From Candidatus Aminicenantes bacterium (GTDB lineage Bacteria; Acidobacteriota; Aminicenantia; Aminicenantales; UBA4085), in contig CAWKFB010000008.1 of assembly GCA_963848835.1 (NCBI GenBank), forward strand, positions 70,168 through 134,167: a DNA stretch of 64,000 nucleotides, read 5' to 3'. The position numbers were made by a program, and so were the translations under genes. Position 1 is the stretch's first letter, and every line of letters begins with the position of its first letter. Of this stretch, positions 27,607-37,982 are shown piece after piece. A model generated the notes under the pieces. The model saw only the letters and a list, made by a program, of their open reading frames with translations, did not search any database and was not told the origin of the DNA.

Positions 27607-27716
27607 ATATTTCGCTTTTGATTTTTCGATTTTCTACCGATTCGGGGCTATAATCCGGCCATCGCGGGTGTCGCCGTCTCCATTCCAATCTGGTGAACGC
27701 GACCCGAGGAGGGAAC

Positions 27717-28355
27717 ATGAAAAACCGCGGTATCGCGGGGATCGTCTCCTTGTCGTTGATCGCTTTGTTAGTCTGCCCGTCCGCCTCGGCGGAAAACCGG
27801 AGGAAATTCAGCCTCGGTATCAACACCGGCGGGGCGCCGGTGGGGGCCTCTTCCTCGCCCGCTTTGAGGACCGGTGTCGAAGTGGGATTCCGCATGGGCC
27901 GGCGCCTGGCTCTGGTCGGGACCGTTTCGTATGGGACGCAATCCCTCGAAACGAATTCGACGTCCGGTTACTATTACTCCAAGGAAACCCAGACTTGGTC
28001 CGCCATCCCGGCGGCCTTGGTTGTCCGCTACGAAGCTGTGCTTTCCGATTCGGTCCTCGTCTCCATCGGCGCGGGAGCGGCGTACGCTTCGCTCGACCGG
28101 ACCGTAGAATCCGAGACGAACTCCACCGGAAAAACTCAGACTTCGACGAGCGAACAATCCTTCCATGCCTGGATGCCCAGGTTCGAGATCGCGCTTGAGC
28201 TCTTCATCGGCAAGGCCCTCTCGCTCACGGCCGCCCTCGGGTACGAGTTCGGGAAAGCCGAACAACAATCGGCATACTACAGCCTGAGGTCGGTCAACGA
28301 ATTTTCGTTCGGCGGTCCCACGGTCGTCGCCGGGGCGCGTGTGTATCTTTTCTGA
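27717..28355 (+). CDS. Outer-membrane beta-barrel protein (OmpW/OmpA-beta-barrel-like)
   Basis: GAGGAGGG RBS, signal peptide ..LVCPSASA, an alternating amphipathic pattern, and a C-terminal ..GARVYLF. Confidence 0.65.
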   Translation: MKNRGIAGIVSLSLIALLVCPSASAENRRKFSLGINTGGAPVGASSSPALRTGVEVGFRMGRRLALVGTVSYGTQSLETNSTSGYYYSKETQTWSAIPAALVVRYEAVLSDSVLVSIGAGAAYASLDRTVESETNSTGKTQTSTSEQSFHAWMPRFEIALELFIGKALSLTAALGYEFGKAEQQSAYYSLRSVNEFSFGGPTVVAGARVYLF

Positions 28356-28375
28356 AGGGGCCTGGAGGATCGGTT

Positions 28376-29689
28376 ATGAAGACGAAATGGAAGATCGGTT
28401 CCCTCCTCCTTGCCGCAACGGTCCTCTCGGTCTCGCTTCAGCCGGCCGCGGCGGTCGGAGAGAGCGCCTTCGCGGCCCGGCGCGACAAACTCCGACTCAC
28501 CCTGGGCGGTCAGGCGATCCTGTTCTCGGGAAACGAAGAAACGACAACCGGCTTGGACAAGAACTTCTATTATCTGACCGGCTTGGCCGTTCCCGATTCT
28601 TTTCTGCTGATGTCCGGAGATTCGCTGGCCGACAAGCTCTTTCTCGGGCCCTCGGCTTTCGGCCTCGTTTCAGGAGACGAGATCGTCCGGACGTCAGGGA
28701 TCGTCAACGTCTTCCGGCGCGATCAGATCGGCTTATTCCTCGCCGCCGGCCTGGCATACGATCCGGACGTATATTTCTCCATCGCGTATGCGCCCTCGGA
28801 CCCGGCGTATGTCTACCCTAGCTGTTTCGTGATCGAGCGACTCCTCGCCGGCCAGCCGTATTTCCGGCGGAACAGCCTCTCGCTCGCCGTTCTCCGCATG
28901 GTCAAGGACGCCAACGAGATCGAGCGGATTGCCCGGGCCTCCGATATCACCGGGCGCGGGCTCCTGGCCGGGATGGCGGCGCTCCGGCCGGGGATGATCG
29001 AGTCCGAGCTCCAGGATGTGATCGAAGACGGGTTTCGAGCGCTGGGCGCACCGCGGACGAGCTTCGCCTCGATCGTCGGCTCCGGCCCGAATTCACTCAT
29101 CCTCCACTACCAGGACAACACCCGGAGGATGAACGCCGGCGAGGTCGTGGCGGTTGATGTCGGGGCGGAATATGAGCGCTATGCCGGAGACATCACCCGA
29201 ACCTTACCCGTGTCGGGCATCTTCACGGCCCGGCAGCGCGAAGTCTACGAGGTCGTTCTCGAGTGCCAGCGTCGGGTCATCGAAGCCTGCCGGCCGGGAA
29301 TCACTCTATCCGCGCTCAACTCGATCGCCACCTCGTATGCGGCGGAAAAGGGATACGGAGATTTCGTCAATTTCGCCGACTGGCGGCATACGACGTGCCA
29401 CTCGCTCGGCCTGGACGTTCATGATCCCTTTGCCGGCTCGGCACCTCTTGCGCCCGGAATGATCATCACCGTAGAGCCGGGGATCTATCTTCCCGCCGAA
29501 AACTTCGGCATCAGCATCGAGGACGACGTCCTGATCACGACCGGTGCTCCCGTCATCCTTTCGGCTATCGTTCCCCGAACGCCGGACGGAATCGAGGCGC
29601 TGATGGCGGGACGCGTGCCGGCGGTCATGGAAGGCGGGCGGAGGAGCGGGAAGACGCCCCCGGTCCGGCGAGGCGCTTTTCCAAGATGA
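28376..29689 (+). CDS. Xaa-Pro aminopeptidase (M24B family), secreted
   Basis: ..ASIVGSGPNSLILHYQDN..VVAVDVGAEYERYAGDITRTLPVSG..HSLGLDVHD..ITVEPGIY..ISIEDDVLIT shows the M24B metal-ligand pattern. Confidence 0.85.
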   Translation: MKTKWKIGSLLLAATVLSVSLQPAAAVGESAFAARRDKLRLTLGGQAILFSGNEETTTGLDKNFYYLTGLAVPDSFLLMSGDSLADKLFLGPSAFGLVSGDEIVRTSGIVNVFRRDQIGLFLAAGLAYDPDVYFSIAYAPSDPAYVYPSCFVIERLLAGQPYFRRNSLSLAVLRMVKDANEIERIARASDITGRGLLAGMAALRPGMIESELQDVIEDGFRALGAPRTSFASIVGSGPNSLILHYQDNTRRMNAGEVVAVDVGAEYERYAGDITRTLPVSGIFTARQREVYEVVLECQRRVIEACRPGITLSALNSIATSYAAEKGYGDFVNFADWRHTTCHSLGLDVHDPFAGSAPLAPGMIITVEPGIYLPAENFGISIEDDVLITTGAPVILSAIVPRTPDGIEALMAGRVPAVMEGGRRSGKTPPVRRGAFPR

Positions 29690-31103
29690 GCCGGCCGGCC
29701 TTGAAATCCATGTGGACCCGGTAGGGCCACAGGACGGGATTTCCGAGGAGGCCGGCCGCGTACCGCCCTCCGATCATATTCAGCTCGTCCATGCGGAACT
29801 CGTGGGCACTCTGCCCCTCGAAAGCGAGGGAGCCGAGAACGACCGGGACGCCATCGATCCGGTTTACGTATTGGGCCCCCTGGGCCCCCTGGATGCCGCC
29901 GCGGACGATCCGGGCCGGATCGAGCTTCGGCTTGATGTGCTCGGCGAAGAACGCGGCATCGACGAGATGCGTCGCCGCCGCCGTATCCAGGATATAGAGG
30001 GCGGGCGGCCCGCCGGCAAGGGACGCTTCGACGACCGTCTGGTCGAAAAGATGGAGCGGAACGTCGGCCGCGATCGCCGCCCGGTCGATGGCGGCTCGGA
30101 GGACATCGGGCCGATCGAGAGGATATAGAATCATGCGGCCCGCCTCGGCGTCGATCGTGACATTGAACCGCTTGAGGAGCCCGGTCCCGAGCAGACCTTT
30201 TTTCAGGCCGCGAAAGGTATGAATGTCCGAGACCATGACCGGAACATTCCGGAACGTCACCGGACCGAGCCCGACCTCGTCCAGGACGGAGAAGCGGACG
30301 GCGGCCGTCGCCGTCCCGACGCCCGAAGCCGTCGCGCTTCCGGTGAGGGCCAAGCCGATCTCTTCGGCTAGAAGCGGACTGACCGTCAGGAAATCGGCCG
30401 AGGCCGAATCGATGTCAAAGGGATATTCGCCTTTCCCATTGATCCCGAGGGAGATCATGCGGATCCGGGGATGCTCCGGACCCGTCAGGAGAGGAACCTC
30501 GATCCGGTCGAAACGTCCCTCCATTTGGAAGAGACGTTTTCCGGACAGGGCCCGGACCTGGTCAAAACCGTTCGTGAACAGCGAAGCGATAGGTTTGGAT
30601 TCTCGGCCGTAACGCGCGACGGCCAGATCGCGAACGCCGGCAAGATCGTCCACGCGGCCGAGGTCCCAGGTCGCCCGCCACAGATGCCTCAGGGCCTCTT
30701 CATAGAATACCGCCGAAGGAACGGCGCGACGGAAATGGGCGACGGCCCCCGCCGCGTCGTTCCTGATGCGGGCGATCCGTCCGAGCCCGAGATGGGCTTC
30801 GGGCGTGTCGGGAGCGCCGGAAAGCGCTTTCTTGAAGAGCGCTTCGGCCTCGTTGATCCGTCCGGCCTTGAGCACGGCCAGGCCGCACAAGCCCGCAAGG
30901 AACGGGTCCAATCCGGCCGGATTCGACGAGAGGACCGTAGCGAGCCTGTCCGCATCGCGAAACGAATTCTCTTTGAGTAACGAGACGAGCCGTTCCGGAC
31001 CGGACGCCTGAGCTTTTGCGGGGCCGGCCGTCGAGGCGGGGACGAATCCGAAGAAAGCGACAAGCCAAGGGAGAAAGAATAGGGTTCGGGTTCTCGTTCT
31101 CAT
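29625..31103 (-). CDS. TPR plus tandem retropepsin-like (clan AA) aspartic-protease-domain protein
   Basis: Signal peptide and TPR-like N-terminus. Two Asp_protease_2-like halves, INGKGEYPFDIDSASADFLTVSPLLAEEIGL and PPALYILDTAAATHLVD, carry DSAS and DTAA in place of the usual DTGA. The 3' end overlaps the M24 gene by 65 nt (convergent). Confidence 0.65.
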   Translation of the reverse strand: MRTRTRTLFFLPWLVAFFGFVPASTAGPAKAQASGPERLVSLLKENSFRDADRLATVLSSNPAGLDPFLAGLCGLAVLKAGRINEAEALFKKALSGAPDTPEAHLGLGRIARIRNDAAGAVAHFRRAVPSAVFYEEALRHLWRATWDLGRVDDLAGVRDLAVARYGRESKPIASLFTNGFDQVRALSGKRLFQMEGRFDRIEVPLLTGPEHPRIRMISLGINGKGEYPFDIDSASADFLTVSPLLAEEIGLALTGSATASGVGTATAAVRFSVLDEVGLGPVTFRNVPVMVSDIHTFRGLKKGLLGTGLLKRFNVTIDAEAGRMILYPLDRPDVLRAAIDRAAIAADVPLHLFDQTVVEASLAGGPPALYILDTAAATHLVDAAFFAEHIKPKLDPARIVRGGIQGAQGAQYVNRIDGVPVVLGSLAFEGQSAHEFRMDELNMIGGRYAAGLLGNPVLWPYRVHMDFKAGRLILEKRLAGPGASSRSSARLP

Positions 31104-31148
31104 TATTAGCCTCGAAGGGAATATGCCCGGCTCTCCATTTCCGTTTAG

Positions 31149-31225
31149 AATTCGGTACCTGAATACTCAATCACTTAATTCGATCCGGCAAATAATTAGG
31201 TGATTGAGTATTCAGGTACCGAATT
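31149..31225. repeat. Family E palindromic repeat, short form E1 (26-bp arms, 25-nt loop)
   Basis: aattcggtacctgaatactcaatcac ..25 nt.. gtgattgagtattcaggtaccgaatt. The right arm encodes the last codons and stop of the MATE-like gene (..NNSVPEYSIT*). Confidence 0.85.
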
Positions 31226-32545
31226 GTTGCGGCGGAGATTAGCGGCGAGATAGGCGTTGCTGCCGAGATAGCCGAGCGTCAGGGCCGGGCCGACGACGAC
31301 CGCTCCATTCCAATCCAGGATAAGGGTGCCGAGGGCGAACGCCGCCGTCGTCGCGGCCAGCTGGATCGCCACGGCGGCGCTGATCGGCGTCGTCCGGTGG
31401 GCGCGGACGAGGACGCCGCGCTCGAACGAAAGGACGGATTCCAGAAAGGGCAGCGCCACGAGGAGAATCCCCGGCAGGACGGCGAAAGCGGCCAGGTCAG
31501 GCGGCAAGCCGGAGACGGCCCGGTACCAGAGCGAGCCGAGCGGGGTGAGGACGATGGCGGCCATCGCCAGGGAGGCAAGGGCCCCGAGCCGCAGGCTGAA
31601 CCGGCCCAGGACGCGGCGGACGTCGGCTGCCTCTCCAACGCAGGCGATCACGACCTCCTGGACGGCGATGCCGGCCGTGCGGAAGATGAAGGCCAATCCA
31701 ACGACGACAGGCAGAACGGCCAGGGATTCGAGGGGCATCCGGCCCCGGGCCAGGAAGAACGTCGTCAGGGGATTGATGAAGAAGGACAGGAACGAGGTCA
31801 GAGCCAGGGGCGAATAGAACTTCATGACCGAGCGCCGGGTCATGCTGAGCCCGAACGCGCACGTCTCTTCGGGTTGGGCGCGGAGCGCGCGGATCGAAGG
31901 GCGGGCCATAGCCCGGCTGGCCAAACCCTCGGCGACGACGCCGGCCCCGAGCGCTCCCGCGCCCACGCTCGCTCCCGGAAGCTTCGCGATGAGGGCCAGA
32001 ACGACGCCGGTCACGGCCATCGTCGCCAGACGGATCACGGTGCCCCAAGTCACGGCACGAGGTTTGTGATCGCGGATCAGGATTCCCTGATAGAAGCGGC
32101 GAAAACCAATCGCCGCCGGCCACAAAACAAGGAATATGATCGACCGGCCGGCGATGGCCGCGACGTCCGGCGTCAATCCGATGCCCCGGCGAGCGATGAC
32201 GTCGAATACGGGCGGGAAGATCAGAATGGCCATGATCGCGGTCACGGCCCCGTTCAGGGCGAACGAGAACCGGCGGAGCTTCCGGTAGGCGACGCCGTCC
32301 CGGACGAGGGCGTTCGAGGCCGAGAGCATCATGATGATCGGCGACTCGACGATCCAGGCCAGGGCCGTGGCCACCCCGAACGCGGCCAGGTTCTCCTTGG
32401 CCGCCGGAAGGCGCGCGATCACGGCGGCCAGGAACGGGCCTTCGGCGGCCATCATGAGCCAGGTCGCCTCGAGGGGCAGCCAGAAGCGCAGAATGCGGCG
32501 CGTTGTCGGCGGCGGAGCGTCTGGCGGTGATTCGATCGGGTCCAT
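31196..32545 (-). CDS. MATE/MOP-superfamily polytopic membrane transporter
   Basis: The preferred start is MDPIESPP.. at 32545. There are about 12 hydrophobic segments, and ..RFWLPLEATWLMMAAEGPFLAAVIARLP.. is MatE-like. The family assignment is tentative. Confidence 0.6.
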   Translation of the reverse strand: MDPIESPPDAPPPTTRRILRFWLPLEATWLMMAAEGPFLAAVIARLPAAKENLAAFGVATALAWIVESPIIMMLSASNALVRDGVAYRKLRRFSFALNGAVTAIMAILIFPPVFDVIARRGIGLTPDVAAIAGRSIIFLVLWPAAIGFRRFYQGILIRDHKPRAVTWGTVIRLATMAVTGVVLALIAKLPGASVGAGALGAGVVAEGLASRAMARPSIRALRAQPEETCAFGLSMTRRSVMKFYSPLALTSFLSFFINPLTTFFLARGRMPLESLAVLPVVVGLAFIFRTAGIAVQEVVIACVGEAADVRRVLGRFSLRLGALASLAMAAIVLTPLGSLWYRAVSGLPPDLAAFAVLPGILLVALPFLESVLSFERGVLVRAHRTTPISAAVAIQLAATTAAFALGTLILDWNGAVVVGPALTLGYLGSNAYLAANLRRNNSVPEYSIT

Positions 32546-32793
32546 CGGAAAACGCGTTAGGATACCATGTCCCGCGCCGCCCGACAAATTCCGGCTTGAC
32601 TCAATATGGAGCGTATACTGATTGGAAATATGAACGAAGTTCTCGAACACAGCCCGCGCGAGCCAGGGCAAGAGCATGCGGGCAATTATTATTTTGGCGG
32701 GCGAAGGGATCGCCCAATCATCGGGACGCTTTCAAGATCCATCGTATTTATCTACCCCTCCTACCGCCCCTATGACTCGGGGCGGACTGCAAG

Positions 32794-32895
32794 TAAGCGT
32801 CCCTCGACAGCGGAACGGAGGGGGGGCCCCGCCTAATTCGGGGGGGAACCAGAAGGGTTCCAACGTGAGCGGTGGGCGATCCCGAAGCCCCCGGA
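32794..32895 (+). repeat. Family A repeat, diverged partial copy A3
   Basis: ..ggagggggggccccgcc..cgggggggaaccagaagggttccaacgtgagcggtgggcgatcccgaagcc parallels ..gggaggacccgcg..cgcggggggaacccgctcgggttcccctgtgagcgtggggcaatcccggagc. Confidence 0.55.
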
Positions 32896-32974
32896 GCAGA
32901 TAAGACCCGCGCTCTTGCCCTTAGCGAGCCGAGCGGGCCTGTCCGAAAAACGCGAATCTATCTCTACGATTTTC

Positions 32975-35372
32975 TCAGCGGACGGCGATTTCGTAGAGCG
33001 AGACGCTGAGCGGCGGCAGGGTCAGCGTCCGGCCGAACGGCGCGTTCGGCGTTTCCTTGACCGTGACGCCGGGCTCCTTGCCCGGGACATTGCAGGCCAT
33101 TTCGTCCGCCCCGGACACGAGATACAGCTTTGCCGTCGCGGGGAACCGCGCCCCCTTGATCGTCAGCGGAAGCGACAGGGCCGTCTTCATCGGATTGACC
33201 ACGGCCACGGTCAGGACCTTCTTCGAGGCGTCCTTCCAAGCCGCGGCGACGTCGAGCGGCTGGGGCGATCCGCCTGCCTTCACCGGGATCGTCCCGTAAT
33301 GGTTCCGGTAGAGCTCGAGGACGACGCCGGTGCTGTCCAGCACAGCCGCGGTCTTCGACGTCTTGATCGCCCCGATCACGTTCACGGTCTGGGCGTAGTT
33401 GGCCATAAAGATGATGTCGCTCTGGCGGAAGTATTCATGCAGCCCTTCGGCGATGCCGAGCGCGTCCTTGAGGAAATACTGGGTCCCCAGCTCGCCGTAA
33501 ATGTGAGGCCCGTACCAGTAGTTCCACTCGTCCAGGGCGACGGGGATGAGCTTGCCTTTGAGGGCCGGGATGGTCTGCTGGTATCTACGGTGAGCGTCGG
33601 CGATCCGCTTCACCTGGCGCGGGGCGAGGTTGGCGTGGCTGAGCGTGCCGGGCTGGGTCTGGACGTAGAAATGCTCGCTCATGTAGATCCATGAACTCGG
33701 CCGAGTTTGCGAGCATCCCTTCGCTCCACGGCCCCACCTCGCCGACGGCGATGAGCTTGATCGCGGGGTCCTTGGCCCTCATGGCCGCGGCGAAGCGGTT
33801 GTGACGCTTCCAGTAGTCCTCGAGGGGCATGCTCCCGAGCTGCCAGTTCCCGTACATCTCGTTCCCGATGGACCACCACTTCACGCCCCAGGGCGCGGGA
33901 TGTCCGTTCTTGGCCCGCATCTTCCCCATCGGCGTTTCGGGCCCGCCGTTCGTGTACTCGACCTCGTCGGCGGCCAACGTTTCGCTCCCCTGGCCGCTGT
34001 TCACGGCGATGAACGGCTCCGTCTTGATGAGCTCGCACAGCCGCATGAACTCATGGATGCCGACGTCGTTGTGCTCGACCCCCTGCCAGGCCGGATTCTT
34101 GCGCGGCGGGCGGCGGTCGGGATCGCCCAGGCCGTCGTGCCAGTCGTAGCCGCTGACGAAATTCCCGCCCGGCCAGCGGTAGACGGGGGAATCGAGCCGG
34201 CGGAGAAGCTCGAGGACGTCGGGCCGGAAGCCCTCGACATTGTCGGCGGGCATGAGCGAGACCGTCCCGACGCGGAAGGCCTCGCTCCCCGAGCTCGCGA
34301 TCTCAAGCTTCGCCGCATCGCTCGCCGCTCCGGCCGTGAAAGCGAGCGGCACGGTCCGGTAATCGCCGCCGAGCTCGTTGATCGCGACGGTGGCCCTCGC
34401 CTCGGGGGCTTCGCCCCAGATCAGGCTGACGCGGACGGGCAGGGCGCCCGGGTCTCCGGCGATGACGATCCGGCCGACGTACTTCTTGCCCGCGAGGACG
34501 GCCAGGCCCTCCTGGACGATCCCGCCCGGCTCGCCTTTGCCGGTAAGCCGGATCTCGGGGGCCTGGACACCGACATATGGAAGGATCGGGTTCATCCGGA
34601 CGTTGCGCGCGTTTCCGACGGCCTTCCAAGGCGATTCCTTGGCCCCGACGCCGTAGTAGAACTTGCGGTCCTCGAGCATCTCGGCCCAGATCCCCTGGTA
34701 GATGCACCGGCCGAGGTGCTCGATGAACTGGCCGTAGATGTACTTCGAGATCGGGGCGAGAGTCGTCGCCGCGTCGATGGCCGCCTGCGGCTTCATGGGG
34801 CGGGAGGAGAGGAGAGTGAGCTCGAGATCGTCGAACCAGGCCGCGCCCGTGGCCCGGCCGAAGCCGCCGAAGAGGCAGTTGATCGCGATGGAATCCACGG
34901 CGTCGAGGTCGAATTCGGTCTGGACGCAGGCCCAATCGCGCGTCCCGCTCACCGCGGGAGTCATGATGTCCATCCCGTGGACGTTGAAGAGCGCGCCTTT
35001 GGACGTCCCCGGGACGACATTCTCGACCCGGATGAAGCCGCTGAGCCGGTATTTCGAATAGGGCCTGACCGGTAGGACGATCTGGTAGCCCGCGTCGGCC
35101 CCGGTCTCGGATGAGATTCGGGCGCTTCGCTTTCCGCTGTGGGCGACGGCCTCATCGACGGCGAATGTCCCGCGGGCGCCGAAGTTGACGGGCCGCCAGC
35201 CCGCCGGCCGGTTCCCGTCCATGTCCTCGAACGAAGCGTTCGGGATGAGATTCGCCGCACCGGACGGGGTTTTCGCAGCCCCCTGCCCCGCCGCCGGACG
35301 GGCGATGGTATTTATAATCCCGGCGAAGGTAAAAATCGCGCAAACAATGATCGCCCGATTTGTCTTGCTCAT
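32975..35372 (-). CDS. GH51 alpha-L-arabinofuranosidase with N-terminal CBM-like domain, frame interrupted at about 33686
   Basis: Signal peptide MSKTNRAIIVCAIF.. (start 35372, GGAGG RBS). ..YRWPGGNFVSGYDWHDGLG..WSIGNEMYGNWQLG.. then ..NSAEFMDL in one frame and MSEHFYVQ..DEWNYWYGP.. in the frame of ORF 32975..33682. Removing one base from gatCtac gives ..FMDYMSEHFY.., the expected GH51 junction. Confidence 0.8.
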
Positions 35373-35394
35373 CCTCTTCCCTCCTCGATGGAAT

Positions 35395-35481
35395 AATTCG
35401 GGGGACAGTATACGTAATTCCCTAATTATTCGATCAACTATAAAACCGAATTCGGGAATTACGTATACTGTCCCCCGAATT
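35395..35481. repeat. Family D palindromic repeat D2 (28-bp perfect arms, 31-nt loop)
   Basis: aattcgggggacagtatacgtaattccc .. gggaattacgtatactgtcccccgaatt lies exactly between the GH127 stop (35480) and the GH51 start (35372). Confidence 0.9.
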
Positions 35482-37913
35482 ATTTGATTTTCCACTCTTG
35501 GATGCCGGCGCTGAACTTGGCCGGCAGCTGGATTTCGAGCCGCAGCCCCGTCGTTTCGACCGGCGCGAATCTCACCGCGTTATAAGCATCCTTGGCCGTG
35601 CCGAAGGCGTCCGCGGCCTTCACCGGAACCCATTGCCCTCCCGCCCGGACGAACGCTTTCCACGAAACCGGAACGCGGCATTCGCCCTGACCCGTGTCGT
35701 CGAACCAATAGACCGACGTCTCGGATATCGTCACCGGCTTGCCGAAATCGTACTCGACCCACTCGGCCGTCCCCTTCTTCGGCCACCAGTGGAGATACCC
35801 GTGGTCGTGATCGTTCGAGTTCGCCGGCTCGAACTGGTCATGAACCGCCTCGACACCCTTTCCGCCCGGCGAACACGTCACCTTGGCCAGCGAGGCGATC
35901 GTCGGCTCGGGCGTGACGCGGGCCTTGTCCATGGACCGGGCCAGCCAGACTGCCATCTCGCCCCGGCCGCGGTGGGCCCAGGAATAATAAGGGATCAGGG
36001 TGAGGGGCTGCTTCCCGCTCACGGTCTTTCCCGCTTTTTCCCGATAGGCGGTCGCTTCGCCGGTGATCGTGACGATCCCGTTCAGGAGGTCGTCGCGCGG
36101 CACGACCTTGAGCGGCGCGACGTCTTCCAGGACGAGCGAGCTCGGCAGCCCCGCGTTGTCCGGCCATTCCGTGCAATAGACGAGCGGGCCGCGCTCGACG
36201 GCGGTCAGCCCGATGTCGGCCTTGACCTTCTCGTTGGCCAGGACCCGCTGGACGGGCGTCGGGAGATGGATCTCGACGACGTCGCCCCGCTTCCATTCGC
36301 GGGCGATCGGAACATACCCCTTCTCGATCGCGAGCGGGACGGCCTGCCCGTTCACCTTCACCGTCGGCTTTTCCTTCATCTCTCCGGCATAGCGGTAGAG
36401 ATCGCCCGGGGATCGGCCGGCCCAGCGCCCAGCCCGGGATGCGGACCATGAGCGTGAGCGGGCCGGCGTTTTCGGGACTGACGGCGATTCGGACATCGCC
36501 CAGCCACGGGTACTGCGTCGTCTGGACGAAAAGGACCTTGCCCGCCGGCGTCTCGACCTCGGCGTCGCCCTGGTTGTAGAGGTTGACGAAGACCTTTCCG
36601 TCCGCGACGCCGTACATGAACCCGCCGAACTGGGCGATGAACCGGGCGACGTTCGGCGGGCAGCAGGCGCAGGTGAACCAGGGCGTCCGCTCGTGCTGGC
36701 CGTGGGAGGCGAGCGGGTTGGGGTAGAAAAAGAGGTCGCCGCTCATCCCCGCGCCCGAGAGGAAGGCGTTATAGGCCGCCCGCTCGAAGAGGTCCATGTA
36801 GGTCCCGTCGGCGTGATAAAGCGCCATCCTCCAGTTCCAGAGGGCCAAGGCGATCGTGGCGCAGGTTTCGGCGTAGCCGCTCGGGTTCGGCAGGTCGTAG
36901 GCCGGGCCGAAGCCCTCGATCCCGCCCGCGGCGCCGATGCCGCCGGTGAGGTAGAGCTTCTTGGTGACGACGTCGGTCCAGATCTTGTCGAGCGCGGCGA
37001 TGTAGCGCGTCTCGCCGGTGAGGGCGGCCACATCGACCATGCCGGAATAGAGATAGGCCGCCCGGACGGCGTGCCCGACCGCCTCGTCCTGCTCGACGAC
37101 CGGCTTGTGGTCCTGGGCGTAAGTCCCGTAGAGCTTATGCCCCGCGGCGTTCCCGCGCTGGTCGATGAAGAATTTGGCTAAGTCGAGGTATTTCCTCTCC
37201 CCGGTCGTCCGGTAGAGCTTGACCAGGCCGATCTCGATCTCCTCGTGGCCGGGCGGGAGCTTGAGCTGGCCGGGCGCGGGCCCGAAGGTCTTGAGGATGA
37301 GCTCGGCGTTTTTGATGGCCACGTTGAAGAGGCTCTTTTTTCCCGTCGCCTGGAGATAGGCCACGGCCGCCTCATACATATGGCCGGGACAATACAGCTC
37401 ATGGCTGTCCGCGAGGTTGAGCCAGCGCTCCGGGCCCGACATCCGCGGCGGAGCCTTTGGATTGATCGTCCGCGCCGTGTACAGGTACCCGTCCGGCTCC
37501 TGAGCGGCGGCGATCTTCTCGATCCAGACATCGATCTTCCTCTCGAGCTCGGGATCGGGCTTGAGCATCAGGACATAGGCCGCCGCCTCGATGACCTTGT
37601 AGACATCGGAATCATCGAACGCGTACGCGGACTGGAGCTTCCCTCCGGTCGCGCCCTTGAGCGCGGCCGCGGCGAGCTCGAAGTTCCGGATCCGCCCGGT
37701 CGCCTCGCATTCTTTCATCTCATGGGCGATCGTGACCTTGATGTCCACGGCCTGGCGGTCGCCCCAGAATCCGCCGGCAAGCGTGACCGCGGTCATGGGC
37801 ACGGCTTTGACGGCATAATCCGGCCCGGGAGCCGATCCGCCGGCCGGCGGAAAGGAAATGAGGGATAAGCCTGCGGTCAGGATCAGGGCGATCGAGCGGA
37901 CGGGATGGAGCAT
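35480..37913 (-). CDS. GH127 beta-L-arabinofuranosidase (DUF1680) with C-terminal discoidin-like domain, frame interrupted at about 36405-36411
   Basis: Start MLHPVRS.. at 37913 (AGGAGG RBS 7 nt upstream). ..HELYCPGHMYEAAVAY..GYAETCATIALALWNWRM..WFTCACCPPNVARF.. is typical of GH127. After ..MVRIPGWALGRPIPG the sequence continues in the frame of ORF 35480..36496 (..DLYRYAGEMKEK..). An extra base sits in the run ccccgggc. Confidence 0.8.
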
Positions 37914-37965
37914 GGGCCGAACCTCCTGTAAAGGCGATTTTATCATACAAGCCGGGCGGAAATAG

Positions 37966-37971
37966 TATAAT
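37966..37971 (+). promoter_or_regulatory. Perfect TATAAT box 11 nt upstream of the sugar-porter ATG (possible short-leader or leaderless transcript)
   Basis: TATAAT at 37966-37971 and ATG at 37983. There is no convincing -35 box and no RBS. Confidence 0.25.
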
Positions 37972-37982
37972 GAGCCCTCAAC

